NCBI RefSeq assembly: GCF_964204645.1
Contig: NW_027437457.1
Location: 1-64,000, forward strand
Source: Tubulanus polymorphus
Taxonomy: Eukaryota; Animalia; Nemertea
DNA length: 64,000 nt
Direction: 5' to 3'
Positions 23,037 through 36,671 of the stretch are shown here, in pieces. A program made the position numbers and the translations under genes. Under the pieces are notes generated by a model, which saw nothing but the letters and a program-made list of their open reading frames with translations, was not told the DNA's origin and searched no databases. The stretch's first letter is position 1, and every line of letters starts with the position of its first letter.

Positions 23037-26000
23037 ATGTCGTCTAAAATGGATATAACTCAGTATAACAGTAAGCGCAGTGTGGTAACTGGAGGAGTTA
23101 GCGCAGACACTGTCGTCACTGGTGGTAAGGCCACTTAAAGTTTCATTCGATTCTTCTTCAAGACAACATGTTGACGTTGTTGTTGATGTTCAATAATTTT
23201 ATGGGGGGCCTGGCCGCAGTCTTATTGTCAGAGCGGCGAGGGTTGTTACCCCACCGTATCCAGCCCATTCCTAAAACCGAACCACCCTCTGCCACTCTGT
23301 CATGCGACCCTCATTAATTCCCCAGCGCAGGGGCCTAAAAACACTTTTTCAGCAATAATTAGTATCCCATCATCACGTTCAGTTAACTAATGGTCACACC
23401 TGCTCTCTGTGTACAGCTAGCTAAAAAAATATTATTGATTCCATTAAAAAATACAGATGCATTTTTGATTATATATTTAGGATATTATAATTATTCAGTT
23501 CTGGTAAAAATTGACAAAAGTTACTGGAAGGCGCTTGATTTTAGTCGGGGCAGCATTCTATCTGGTTTGCAAAACTACAAATGATGATAGGGTCTGGGGG
23601 CAGTGGGGCTGTGTGGAGACCATGAAGTGGACCATTTTGCTTATAATATTAGCAGCAAAATGCTGCCCTCACCTACTTCATGTGTTTGTAATGAATTAGG
23701 TTCTCCATGCCTTATGGAGTCCGAATATTAGATGATCTTATATTCTTTTTTTGGAAACAACAACTGGAATTAGGGCAGCAGGTTAGCTGATGAAGTGTAT
23801 ATGTGAGGAGAGTGAGTCAGTCATAGAGACCTCCGCCCTTATACACTGACACACTGTCACACTATAGGCTGTTTCAAATTAATCAATATGTTTATATCAT
23901 ATCAGACACACCAGGTGCTGCAGTCCCAACCAACTCCCCAGGACCTCACTAAACCTCACTTAAACCAGTTCCCTCATAGTCCTCACCTCCCCAACCTCCA
24001 GAACCTCACTAAACCTTACTTAAACCAGTTCCCTCATAGTCCTCACCTCCCCAACCTCCAGGACCTTACTAAACCTCATTCACACATCAGTACTGGCCTC
24101 ACCTTTCCAACCTCCAGAACCTCATTAAACCTCACTTAAACCAGTTCCCTTATAGTCCTCACCTCCCAGACCTCCAGAACCTCATTCACACATCAGTACT
24201 GGCCTCACCTCCCCGACCTCCAGAACCTCAGTAAACCTCATTCACACATCAGTACAGGTCTCTAATTCAGTTCTCTGCTCACCAGTAAATAGTTGGTGTA
24301 TAATTTCAGGAGGTCGCCGGTGTGCTCCGATACCTACAGCTCCTGATGAGGATCTATTATTAAGTGGTGTAGCTGTTTTAACTGGTAAGTTATAAACGGC
24401 TCAAACTCAACTGAGTTCCTAAAGTCCGGGAGGTTAAATTCATCTGATTCGGGCTGTATCATACATTCTAATAGTCACAGTCATCTCATACTGAATTCTT
24501 CTCTATTTTTGAGGGACTTCTTAATTCAATCTTAATTTTTGTGCAAGTCATCATTTGGATAAGTTGTCAAAATTCATAGTCCTAACTGATAGAGCTTCCA
24601 TTGATTTATATTTCTGGGTAGATCGTTAGGGCTTCCATTGATTTATATTTCTGGGTAGATCGTTAGGGCTTCCATTGATTTATATTTCTGGGTAGATCGT
24701 TAGGGCTTCCATTGATTTATATTTCTGGGTAGATCGTTAGGGCTTCCATTGATTTATATTTCTGGGTAGATCGTTAGGGCTTCCATTGATTCATATTTCT
24801 GGGTAGATCGTTAGGGCTTCCATTGATTTATATTTCTGGGTAGATCGTTAGGGCTTCCATTGATTTATATTTCTAGGTGGTTATGACTCGTTAGGGCTTC
24901 CATTGATTTATATTTCTAGGCGGTTGTGACTCGTTAGGGCTTCCATTGATTACATTTCCGACTAAGAATCACATAAAACTGACGTCAATTGATTCGAGCG
25001 ATTTGTGTGAATTAATCAAATATTTCATCAGTTTAACGAAACCTTCTCAAAGATTAAACGGATTTGTATTCCTCGCTGATTTAAGAATTACTCCGACCAT
25101 GAACTTTACAGTGATCATCGATGCGTTACAAAAACTACAGGTAAATTAGTTACTTATACCCTGTTTATCTCAGTACCTGCTGCTGCTGCTGCTGCTAGTG
25201 GTGCTGTTGCTGGTGCTGCTGCTGCTGCTGCTGCTGCTGCTAATATTTCACTGAAGTGTTTGAGAATTGTATTTGTCTGTTGTTTAAGTTGCTGCTGCCA
25301 TCTATAGTGTGTAATTGGTATTAATTACAGATAGAGAATCGAGGCAGCGTGGCTGTATTTTATATAATTCAACCTCGAGCTAAAGAATCGTTAAAATCAC
25401 TACGGAAACAACTCGGAATCAAACAGAAAAAATTTCATTTAAAACGATTTTTCCGTAAATCGACGAGTAACGAATTCAAATACGATCAAAACTGTTTATT
25501 TAAGGTAAGAGGAGACGAAGAATGAAACTGATATTTTGATATTTGATGTGAATTATAGGTTGATATTTTGATATTTTCTAGAGTATAATATCGACGACGC
25601 AGTCAGAGTTATATCGATATTTCGATCGTCCTCAGTTAACTATAGAATTCGGAGGTTCACTAACGTATTCACACGAGGCATGGGTTCATTTTAGACAGGT
25701 ATATAATCCTCCTCTACTCTCTATCCTACCTACCTCCCCTCTATTGCTATAATGAACTGTTCTATTCCAGGAAGTGGAAGGGTTGATTGTGGATATCGAT
25801 AAAGTATTTGAAAAGTTTCCTCAAGCGGCCGATAAAATAGAACTATTAAAAGAGTACGACGTACCGGATACCGAGGACGATGTCAACAATCTAATCGCTT
25901 GGATACGTAACCGTTACCACGACATCATGAGGTATTTATCGTAACCGTGGTTACTACGCCGTACCGGTCCGTATTGTTGTCGATAATTCAAATATTGATT

Positions 26001-29000
26001 TGTAGAGAATTGAAAATTGAAACTGTAATCGATGACTGCGTAGCAACCGTCGCTAAGTGTCGTAATCCCGACAAACACGCCATCTATTGTCACCTCGTGA
26101 AATGTAAAATGTTCGAAGATACATCAAAAATTCTCGAAAAACAACATCAACGTCTCGTAACCGCGCGGCAACAATTACTGTCGCTATGGCAACAAGCGGA
26201 AAGTCGTCTAATGGACGTTATGACGATTAAAAGTTTAAAACTTCGAGCTGAAAAGGTACATTTTACCGTTAAATTCACCTGTCAGTCATTCAGACACGCG
26301 ATTCTGTAACTGATTCAATTGTTGTAGCATTTAAACTGGATTGAAGAAATCGGGTTGAAAAATGTGTCACAATCTCCAGAATACGCAACAACACTGAGTC
26401 AAGCGGAGATTAATAAAAATCACTTTGAAACAGGATTTTATGCTGAAAGCAAGGTTTGTAAAATCATCATCTCTCCGTGTCATTGCTGTGGAACGCACTA
26501 TAAATCATCATCTCTCCGTGTAATCGCTATGGAACGCACTATAATCCCAAATTACCCTCCTTATTTCTATTGTAGGAAAATTTATCAGAAGCCGAAAAAT
26601 TGATGAGTAAAATGTGTGAAAATCCTGACGAGAAACTGATTGAATGTGTGAAACTACTTCAATCTAAAATCACTGAATTCCGTTTCCAACTGGAAAAACG
26701 ATTTCAACTTTACCTCGATATTTATCACTTTTTCCTCCTCTCTGGGAAGGTAAATAGAATATACCGTGGTTTAAATATTCTATTGAAATACACTGAGTAT
26801 TTGATACCGTGGTTTAAATATTCTATTGAAATACACTGATTATTTGATACCGTGGTTTAAATATTCTATTGAAATACACTGAGTATTTGATACCGTGGTT
26901 TAAATATTCTATTGAAATACACTGAGTATTTGATACCGTGGTTTAAATATTCTATTGAAATACACTGATTATTTGATACCGTGGCTATTTTGAAGGTAAC
27001 ACGTTGGTACAAGAGAACGATGTCGTTTTTACCGTTGGAACGTTTAAAACAAAACGTCATCGATGGAACCGTTAAACTGACAGCTGATTGGCTACAATCT
27101 GTATCGCAATATTTATACAAACATCCGGCTCCGAGACCCGAACATATTCATCGTATTAAAGATGGAATAAATCTGATTAAAGACATGAAAATGAGGAACC
27201 AGTCTCGATTACTAGTATACAGGTAACCAGTCCAAACCTGTGAATGCATAACCAGTCCAAATCTGTGAATGCGTCACCAGTCCAATGACTTGTACTTGGA
27301 TGTGACTATCGGCTATAGTTATGTATTGTATGTATTTATAGGGTTGGATTGTTACGCCATCTGTTGGTTGATAAGGAAATCACTATCGCCGATTATCAAC
27401 AATTGTTACAGTTGAAACAACAATTTAAACACGGATTGGATGAATTAGACGGGAGTGCCGGGTTATCGCGTAGTTTACCCGATATATCACACATCACTGA
27501 TACCCCTCTAAATACCGGGTAAATATCACTACCGTCACCAGGGGGAGCTGACATCCATCTTAACTATTTAACACCGATATTTTCTTCATTATTAGGAGGA
27601 ATATTGAAACGATGTACAGTAAGCCTAGAGTAACTATAAACCGGGATGAGTTACCGCAGAGACCGCACAGCGCCATTCCGTTTACTACGTCACAACCTAT
27701 GATTCATTTTGATTCGGATTCAACAGAGAATCTACCCCCAATTCGTTACGATTCACGACGACACGCTGGCGAATCAAAACTGAGAAAATTCCGTTCTCAG
27801 CCGGATTATATCGACAGCTCAACTACTGTTGCTAGGAAACGAGCGTCTAATAAACACACTCCCGGACGACGGTTTGTTAAAGCACGCGATCAACGAACCA
27901 ACAATGAACCACGTAAATTCAGTTTCCATCGCAGTCCGATTGATCGTCATAGTTACGCGGCTATTTACACCGATTCGGAGTCGAGTAGTAGTGAATTGAA
28001 TCAGGAGCGTTATATATCACTGAGTTATCCGTCGACCGGTATAGAGGGAGCCACCGCTGCCGTTACAGCCGCTGACGGAGATATATTCTTCTCTAATACG
28101 TTACCGCATCGACCGGTGGCGCCATCTATCGATAGAGATATACACTCGATGAGTTTACCGAATCTAGCGCGGAGAATGTCGTCGCCGTCGGTTACCGAAG
28201 ATGAAAGTCAATTGTCGTTAACCGCTGATAATTTAGAACTGATCACGACGAGTCACGGTTTAACTCCGACTCAGAAACTAGATCTAATGAACGATATACT
28301 GAACGTTCCTGCTACTGGTAGACGATCGTCGTTACCACGGTTACAGCAACAATCGTTCGAATTAACTCCGCACGAGAAACAAATCGTCGACGACATCATG
28401 AATAAACAACGCGAGGAGTGGAGTTTACAACAGCAGTATCTACAAGAGGAACAAATCAGACGACAGAAAATCATCTCATTAGCTCAAGCACAGGTGGCGC
28501 TATCTGACGACAGTAGTCGCTGTTCGAGTAGATTACAACAATACGACGAAACTACCAGTAGATCATCGTCGTCAACGACGACCAGATCGGCTCCGATAAT
28601 GGGAACGCGATCACTGACGAGAAACTTACATTCATCGGACGAGGAGTTAACAGACCACAGGTACGTGTACCAGTAGCTGCAGTCTGTGCGTGTGTGTGTG
28701 TGTACCAGTAGCTGCAGCTGCAGTCTGCGTGTATGTGTACCAGTAGCTGCAGCTGCAGTCTGCGCGCGTGTGTGTACCAGTACCAGTAGCTGCAGTCTGC
28801 GCGCGTGTGTGTACCAGTAGCTGCAGCTGCAGTCTGCGTGTATGTGTGTACCAGTAGCTGCAGCTGCAGTCTGCGCGCGTGTACCAGTACCAGTAGCTGC
28901 AGTCTGCGCGCGTGTACCAGTACCAGTAGCTGCAGTCTGCGTGTGTGTGTACCAGTACCAGTAGCTGCAGTCTGCGCGTGTCTAGTTGCACCAGCTGCAG

Positions 29001-30001
29001 TCAATGTAACTAAACATCAATTAAATGATATATTTTTCAGTGTGACGCCAGTCTTTGATCAACCTCTCTCTAACCAGGTACGTATCTCACTCAGTGGCGC
29101 CATCTGTTCATTCTACATTAAACTAAACTATTTTTCATCGGAGTTATGAGATGATTGAAACCGTTTTCATTGTTGTAGCGTCGTCACGGTGATGACGAGG
29201 AAGAGGATGATGACGATGAAGATTCGTTAGCGTATACGATACGTAAACTAGCGGAAACGTCGTCGTCGTCGTCCCAGCAACAGCAACAATCACCTGCAGC
29301 AGCAGCAGCGCCTGGTGATGATGATACTGAAGAGGAGGAGATTGTTGATACAGATCGTGGTTACTATGACGATGACAGTGAGTACGAGGTGATGTTAAAC
29401 AGTGATTGGGTGACGAGATTTGATAAAACACTTCCAAACATCGGCAACAGCAGCGGCGGAGGTGGAGGAGGAGGCGATAAAAAGTAAGTTAGAAAAATAT
29501 CTGTTTAATATTTTGAATCAGTTTGGGAGAGGGTTTGTGAGAGAGGAGGAGCAGGTTTAGAGAGAGTAGGAGCAGGTTTAGAGAGAGAGGGAGAGGGAGA
29601 GGGAGAGTAGGAGCAGGTTTAGAGAGAGAGGGAGAGGGAGAGGGAGAGGGAGAGGGAGAGTAGGAGCAGGTTTAGAGAGAGGAGGAGCTGGTTTAGAGAG
29701 AGGAGGAGCAGGTTTAGAGAGAGTAGGAGCAGGTTTAGAGAGAGTAGGAGCAGGTTTAGAGAGAGAGAGTGAATTTATTTCTCTATTTAATTAAAGGCTG
29801 ATGTTGTCACGTGAAACGTCTGATCTCGGTTCTGAAAACGAAGTTGTTGCTGATATTAAAGAATTAGAACATTTAGAAACGGCTCTACAGAAACATGCAT
29901 TCCTAGAACGTCATGCTTTAATAGAACAATCCAGAAACAGAATGCTGAAAGATTTAGTCGAAATGGATATGATGACAACTGGATCTGGTTCAGTGCAGTG
30001 A
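23037..30001 (+). CDS. SEC14/CRAL-TRIO plus spectrin-repeat protein (SESTD1/Trio N-terminus-like) with disordered C-terminus
   Basis: LLSGVAVLTGGCDSLGLPLITFP, GFVFLADLR, FDRPQLTIEFGGSLTYSHEAWVHFR are typical of the SEC14-spectrin module. Exons checked join in frame; stop at 29999-30001. Confidence 0.75.
23925..24256. repeat. Intronic minisatellite about 60 nt
   Basis: CCTCACCTCCCCAACCTCCAGAACCTCACTAAACC repeated. Confidence 0.85.
24594..24951 (+). repeat. 37-44-nt tandem repeat spanning an acceptor of the SEC14-spectrin gene
   Basis: Unit TCGTTAGGGCTTCCATTGATTTATATTTCTGGGTAGA. The last copy runs into exon GGCDSLGLPLITFP. Confidence 0.9.
26761..26985. repeat. About 43-nt intronic minisatellite, about 5 copies
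   Basis: ATACCGTGGTTTAAATATTCTATTGAAATACACTGAGTATTTG repeated. Confidence 0.9.
28665..28980. repeat. Intronic minisatellite (GTACCAGTAGCTGCAGTCTGCG...)
   Basis: About 9 copies immediately after a donor. Confidence 0.9.
29530..29770. repeat. GA-rich intronic minisatellite
   Basis: AGGAGCAGGTTTAGAGAGAG repeated. Confidence 0.9.
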
Positions 30002-30037
30002 GGTACAGAGTCAAAGGGGATTGAAGGGGGTTGAGTC

Positions 30038-30260
30038 ATGGAGTCAGAGGGGATGGGAGGAGTCAGAGGGGAGGGGTGGAGTCAGAGGGGTGGAGTCAGA
30101 GGGGATGGGAGGAGTCAGAGGGGAGGGGCGGAGTCAGAGGGGAGGGGTGGAGTCAGAGGGGAGGGGTGGAGTCAGAGGGGTGGAGTCAGAGGGGAGGGGT
30201 GGAGTTGGAGGGGCGGGGTGGAGTCAGAGGGGAGGGGTGGAGTCAGAGGGGTGGAGTCAG
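30038..30260. repeat. G-rich minisatellite (GGAGTCAGAGGGGAGGGGT)n
   Basis: Just after the stop codon. Confidence 0.9.
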
Positions 30261-30366
30261 TTTAACTAGTCTACCACAGTTTATCATATGTATCACAATT
30301 AATGCATTTTATATTTATAATTGGGGAATTAAGGTCTTCCAAATAATGTACATAAAATATAGATAT

Positions 30367-30820
30367 ATACATGTACACACGTCCTGTGTGATGTACATGT
30401 ACACACATCCTGTGTGATGTACATGTACACACGTCCTGTGTGATGTACATGTCATGTACACATCTCCTGTGTGATATACATGTACACACGTCCTGTGTGA
30501 TGTACATGTCATGTACACATCTCCTGTGTGATATACATGTACACACGTCCTGTGTGATGTACATGTCATGTACACACGTCCTGTGTGATGTACATGTACA
30601 CACATCCTGTGTGATGTACATGTACACACGTCCTGTGTGATGTACATGTACACACATCCTGTGTGATGTACATGTACACACGTCCTGTGCGATGTACATG
30701 TCATGTACACATATCCTGTGTGATGTACATGTACACACGTCCTGTGTGATGTACATGTCATGTACACATATCCTGTGTGATGTACATGTACACACGTCCT
30801 GTGTGATGTACATGTACATC
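30367..30820. repeat. Minisatellite (TACATGTACACACGTCCTGTGTGATG)n
   Basis: About 16 copies, rich in short palindromes. Confidence 0.92.
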
Positions 30821-31058
30821 ACACACCAGCTGTCTTCCTACCTTCAGTATTTATAAAGTCCACAAATATTTGTTAATTAATTTATTATTTTTGTTTCTAT
30901 TGTATATTTTTATATAACGTTATACAAACTTCAGGTGGTCGGTTCATGAGCTCCTTTTAAAGCTGAATAATAAAACTATTGTTAATATTTTAATCAATTT
31001 TTTTGCATTGTATTCATTGTATGACAGCTTTTACAACTATTTGGAGTTACATTGCATT

Positions 31059-31224
31059 GACAGGTAGTTCTAATGTAACTATTAGTTAAACAGGTAGTTC
31101 TAATGTAACTATTAGTTAAACAGGTAGTTCTATTGGTAACTATTAGTTAAACAGGTAGTTCTAATGGTAACTATTAGTTAAACAGGTAGTTCTATTGGTA
31201 ACTATTAGTTAAACAGGTAGTTCT
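31059..31224. repeat. About 30-nt minisatellite (ACAGGTAGTTCTAATGTAACTATTAGTTAA)
   Basis: About 5.5 copies. Confidence 0.9.
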
Positions 31225-31228
31225 AGTA

Positions 31229-34200
31229 TTAACAGGTAACACTTGAAGGTCTATGCAATGATTCAACGTGCATGATGTCCTCAGTTATATCCACTACATT
31301 CACTCTGTTACAGATACCTATAAACAATAATAACAATTACATTCATAGAAATCAATTCCATAGAAATAGCTGATGGACAGAGAGAGAGGGGGAGTGGCCG
31401 GAGAGAGGGGGTAGTGGGACGGAGAGAGAGAGGGGGGCGGACGAACCTTTCATATAACTGATAACATATTTCTGTGTTTCTACGGCTGATGCTGATATTG
31501 TTCCGTTACTGTTGCTAGGTATCGACGGTCTACAGCGACTGATAACGGGACCTTGACTCGGCGGTCGAGGAATCTGTAAACAAACAAACATTCAGTCAGT
31601 CAATGAGATAAACCAACACGGGTTGCTAGGCAATAGGTTTACCTGTAACGCGACCACTTTAGGTCTGGGTAGATTTTCTCCATTGTTGTAATGTGTTTTA
31701 TTTGTGTAAGAACGACATGATTTCGGTCTTTCTTTTCTCTTCCATGTCTTCATCTTAGATAAAACAGAACACATTAGAGAGAGAGAGGTGAGGGAGGTAG
31801 AGAGGTGAGAGAGAGAGGTGAGGGAGGTAGAGAGGTGACACTAACCTCTTGTTGGGTTAGGGTAAGTAGACAGGGGTATAGAGAGAGAGAGAGGTGAGGG
31901 AGAGAGGTGACACTAACCTCTTGTTGGGTTAGGGTAAGTAGACAGGGGTATAGAGAGAGAGAGAGGTGAGGGAGAGAGGTGACACTAACCTCTTGTTGGG
32001 TTAGGGTAAGTAGACAGGGGTTTAGGGAGAGAGAGGTGAGGGAGGTATAGAGGTAAGGGAGAGAGGTGAAGGAGAGAGAGAGGTGAGGGAGAGAGGTGAG
32101 GGAGGTATAGAGGTGAGAGAGAGAGGTGAGGGAGGTAGAGAGGTGACACTAACCTCTTGTTGGGTTAGGGTAAGTAGACAGGGGTATAGAGAGAGAGAGA
32201 GGTGAGGGAGAGAGGTGACACTAACCTCTTGTTGGGTTAGGGTAAGTAGACAGGGGTATAGAGAGAGAGAGGTGAGGGAGAGAGAGGTGAGGGAGGTATA
32301 GAGGTGACACTAACCTCTTGTTGTTGTGAATTTAAAGCCGCTAAGAATGTTTTATCAGTCATTGAACCGGTCACTAATCTTGTGCCTTTAAACGGTTTCT
32401 GAGGTGAACTCGGTACTAACTGTTTTACTTGCGGTACGAGGAACGCCCCCTGGCGGACGTCGTAACATTTCACCTCTGCTTTAGTAATAGTTTGTCTGTG
32501 CTGGTGTAGTTGTGACGGTAGTAGACAGGTGGAGCCACCGACTGTAGCAGTCTGCGGCATGTTATTACACGAACACAACGGTCTTTTTAACTTCATATAA
32601 GTATATTCCTCCCTGAAACAACAATACACATTTAACGCTATAATTAATCATAATTTTACTGAATAGATGATGTCATCGAGAATGAGAAGATCGTCTGAAA
32701 TGGTTAATTATAATTTTACTGAATTTAGTGAATACCTATATCGGTCCATGTGATCACTCCATCTTCCCTCGTGTTTAAATGTATATTTGATTTGATCAAC
32801 CGGTTCTAAACAGTCACTAGATGGCGCCGCTACCGTTAATTGTTTAGAATGACGCGCGCTATGCGACGGTCGCCGTGGTTGCGACGGTTGCCGTGGATTC
32901 GATTGTTGCACTGACATTAATTCTGCTGATTTAAGTACGGAATTCAAGCGTTTACTAGCACTGGGAGAACCTCCATTTGGAGGACCCCTTCTTCCACTCG
33001 GAGGACCCCTTTTTCCGCTCGGAGGACCCCTTCTTCTCGGAGGACCCCTACCTGCGCTGGGAGGACCCCTGCTGCCCCCGCTCGCTGGAGGTTCCTGTCT
33101 GATTGTATTAGTTGTGAGATTCTCATCTGAAACACTCGGAGATGCTGATTTATCATTGATATTATCATCATCACAAACTTCCCAACCTCTCAAATCCTAC
33201 AAATCATTAATTACAACAATGAAACAATTCAGCAGTGCAGTGTACCTTATAACGAGTGACTGAAGCAAAGAAGATTTTGGAAAATATTTGTTGAGGCCCT
33301 GATATGTGCTTACTTTTCACAAAAATGTTAATTAGTACAGAAAACTGCTATTCTTGACTTCAAGATCACTTGCAATTAAATGTTGATTAAATAATCAGAA
33401 TTAGTCAAACACATATCATTTCTGGGAAATTAGTGCATGAATAAGTGAAATAAGTTTTCCCGTGAGATCTAAGGAAAGACGTAAGGCAATGCGTTGATTA
33501 ATCGATTTAATTTAATGGTATAAATATCTTCGGTAATAAAATTTAATTTACTTAAAATGCATCCTATGGCATGTGAGTCTGCCACTTTACCGAATGCCGA
33601 TACATTCGCTGAGCAAAACAGTTCTACTAAGAGTGGTTTGAAAATGAATTTTGAAACCAGATTCCCCTTAAATAAAGTTGTTATTTTCACACAATCATCC
33701 ATCTAAAACAAAAGAAGTTTTATCTAATGAATGGAATTAGATCTAAAAATTCTCTGTATTCCTCACGTGCCACAGTAGAATAACGAAGCTATACCGGATC
33801 TAAACCGTTCAGTGCTGCCCCAATGAATAACGATAGCGGAATTTCTGTGAACTAAAATAGTGGCGTATGGCGCCGGAATACGAATGTCCTTTCCAAAACG
33901 GACAGTGTGGGCGCCTATAATTCCAATAAACTGTCAATAAACTGTGATACTATGAACACGTTCCGAAATTATTGATAATGTTTATATATTTTCTATAGGT
34001 ATTTAGATTTTACCAACTCACTTGCTTCGGCAATGATCAATACACAGAACAATTAAAAACATAGAATATGTTATTGCACAGAATTTAAGGCTAAACAAAA
34101 ATTATACCTTGTTTCTCCGCAGCGGCCGGGTCATTTTTTGTAAAATATGATAAAATTCATAAACAGTTCATTTCTATAGCGGCCGGGTCTGTTATGGTGA

Positions 34201-35064
34201 AATTGATCACGATTTAAAAAAAGTAATGTATAGGGTAGATAGGCGGCCGGCCGGGTCAACATTTAAGCTCAGCAGAGCGGAGAAACAAGGTATCAATTTT
34301 TTTTAGCCTAATTAATATTTAAAACACAGATTTAAAAACGTTAAGTTAATTGAATTAACTGCCACCTTTTCCTTCGATGATATATCATTTGCGAGAAAAT
34401 AATCAATGTAGAATACAAACATCCGCCATCGCCCCCTCCCGGCAAATTGGTAAACTGTTCTAAACTAAAAATCATTCTCGATTTTAATTTTGGTTAAAAA
34501 GAAAAGAAGTGTTCAGTACTCAGGTTCGATTATAGTTTGACCAATCGTTTGTGGATCAAAAAGTGATTAACTTTGCTCTTAAGCTTTACTAATACCCGAA
34601 TGAAGTGATCTATTTGTGAATTGATTTACCTTTAGATTCAGATCTGCAGGATCTAGAGTTTTATATTGGATTTTTAAACTGTTGAAGAATTTAGCGATTA
34701 ATCTCGCGGCCGCCGCTGTCGTCGTCGAGTCGTACTCTATTTCATTCAATCCTCCTCCTCCTCCTCCTACACCTCCTCCTCCTCCTACACCTCCTCCTCC
34801 TACACCTCCTCCTCCTCCTCCTCCTACACCTCCTCCTGATCCTCCTACACCTCCTCCTACACCTACACCTCCTCCTGATCCTACACCTCCTCCTACACCT
34901 CCTACACCTCCTCCTCCTACACCTCCTCCTCCTCCTACACCTCCTCCTCCTCCTCCTACACCTCCTCCTACACCTACACCTCCTCCTGATCCTACACCTC
35001 CTCCTACACCTCCTCCTCCTCCTCCTACACCTACACCTCCTCCTGATCCTACACCTCCTCCTCC

Positions 35065-35148
<84 letters not shown>

Positions 35149-35507
35149 CGATACTTTCTTCTTACCCGACACCTATAAACAAGATACAACAAACAAAACT
35201 CGATAAAACACTGTCAACAATGTCTGAATTACACGTGACACTGCGTAGTTACGGTTACCTTAGCGGCTGCAGTGACGTCATCGCGATCGATGTGTTGGAA
35301 TTTGTTACATTTGCGGAATGATTTTTCTTGTTTTCTGAGTGATTTGACGGCGTGTTGAGCGAACGCGTCTTTATACAAACACGTCAGATTATACGGGTTT
35401 ATCTGATTAAACATTTTACTCAATTCTCGACTGTATTCTGGTTTACTCGTGTTACTGGCCGTCACAGTGTCGAACCTAGGACATCCAGTTCTTTGATACG
35501 TTGCCAT
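31229..35507 (-). CDS. Uncharacterised multi-exon protein with low-complexity segments
   Basis: ORF pieces at 35507, 35172-34630, 33702, 33193, 32612, 31750, 31575 and 31317 are bounded by GT/AG. Junctions checked (AAK|VSG, NLK|MDD, MKG|ICN) are in phase. No family recognised. Confidence 0.6.
31777..32322 (-). repeat. Tandem repeat containing 6 copies of a donor site CAACAAGAG|GTTAGTGTCA
   Basis: TGACACTAACCTCTTGTTG near 31836, 31908, 31980, 32144, 32216 and 32305. Confidence 0.88.
34089..34308. mobile_element. PIF/Harbinger-like MITE
   Basis: About 32-nt TIRs (GGCTAAACAAAAATTATACCTTGTTTCTCCGC / GCGGAGAAACAAGGTATCAATTTTTTTTAGCC) with TAA target duplication. Confidence 0.85.
34750..35150. 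repeat. (CCT/ACA)n plus (GAT)n triplet repeats
   Basis: Direct inspection. In frame with a predicted minus-strand exon. Confidence 0.95.
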
Positions 35508-36671
35508 GGCGATAGGCCGGTGATTTTCCCATTGTTGTCCTATTGTTTCATCGCTGGAGATTGGTTACATGGTAACGGAAGCCTTGATCGACGCCACATG
35601 TTCAGAAGAAAAGACACCGGTAAGAAATTCATGCCCTTGCTTTAATTGCAAAAAGTCATTATCCGGCCATGGGTTCATAAAAGAATATTCTTAAGTGATT
35701 TTCTTCATCTAAATTTTTCCTCAAATTTAGATAGCACCATCGACAAATAAATACATGTTAAAAGAAAACTTGAGAATAAGATTATGGAAAATGCATACTT
35801 TTTTAAGGAATTTCAAATGAACAAGATCCTATTCAAGCAATTTAGCAAAATGTTATAAATTCAGAGGCTTTGTTCATTTCACTAAGGTCTAGAATTCACA
35901 AATTTGTCGATTTATTGTGGAAATTTTTTAGAATTTTCAGATGACAGGATTTAAAAAACGCCGACCACCAATGCGCCATCTATCAGAATAGGTAGGTATA
36001 ATCTGGATCCGATCCGTTCATCGGAAGTGTTCGGGCATTATCCATGCGATATTTCTCACAATTTTATCATCGAATTGTGCGTATACCTGGTTTAAGTTTT
36101 AAATATTTAGGTTTAAGGCCTATGATTTATATAAATATGATATTTTGTACAGTTTGAATAAGATTATTGTTATTGTTGAAATGCGGTAATCGTGGACTTA
36201 CAGATTTCACTAATTGTCGGATTATAAATCAGATACTTCTCTGCGCTGAATGCAATATTTCTTCTGTTATTTCTACCTTATCGTAACCTTGGTTTCACAC
36301 CAAAAACGCCGAAAAATCCACGTGCTTTTTCATTGAGAAAATAAACATTTTTATGTCGTCATCAACATCTGACCAATAAGAGTGGCGTATTGTAGTGACG
36401 TCATAAAGTTATTCTGCTCAGTGTCTGGGATACTGTTTCATGTTGCGTCGATTTTACCGATAATAATCGATTCTACGCCTAAAATAATCCATCCAACATC
36501 GTATAAAAATCATCGACTTCATTTTCAATAAACTTTTCTTAAATTACCCTCGATTTTAGACGAAATAAAGCGTTAAATACGTTGACCTTTACAGCTCATG
36601 AATATTCATGAAGTGATTATAATAATGTATTGGTAGTGAGAAGGAGGCTCGCGAGCTGGGAGGGTAGCATC

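Noticed and set aside
34682-35206. Plus-strand Pro/Asp-rich ORF
   Set aside because: Antisense to a phase-consistent minus-strand exon; starts at a non-ATG codon.
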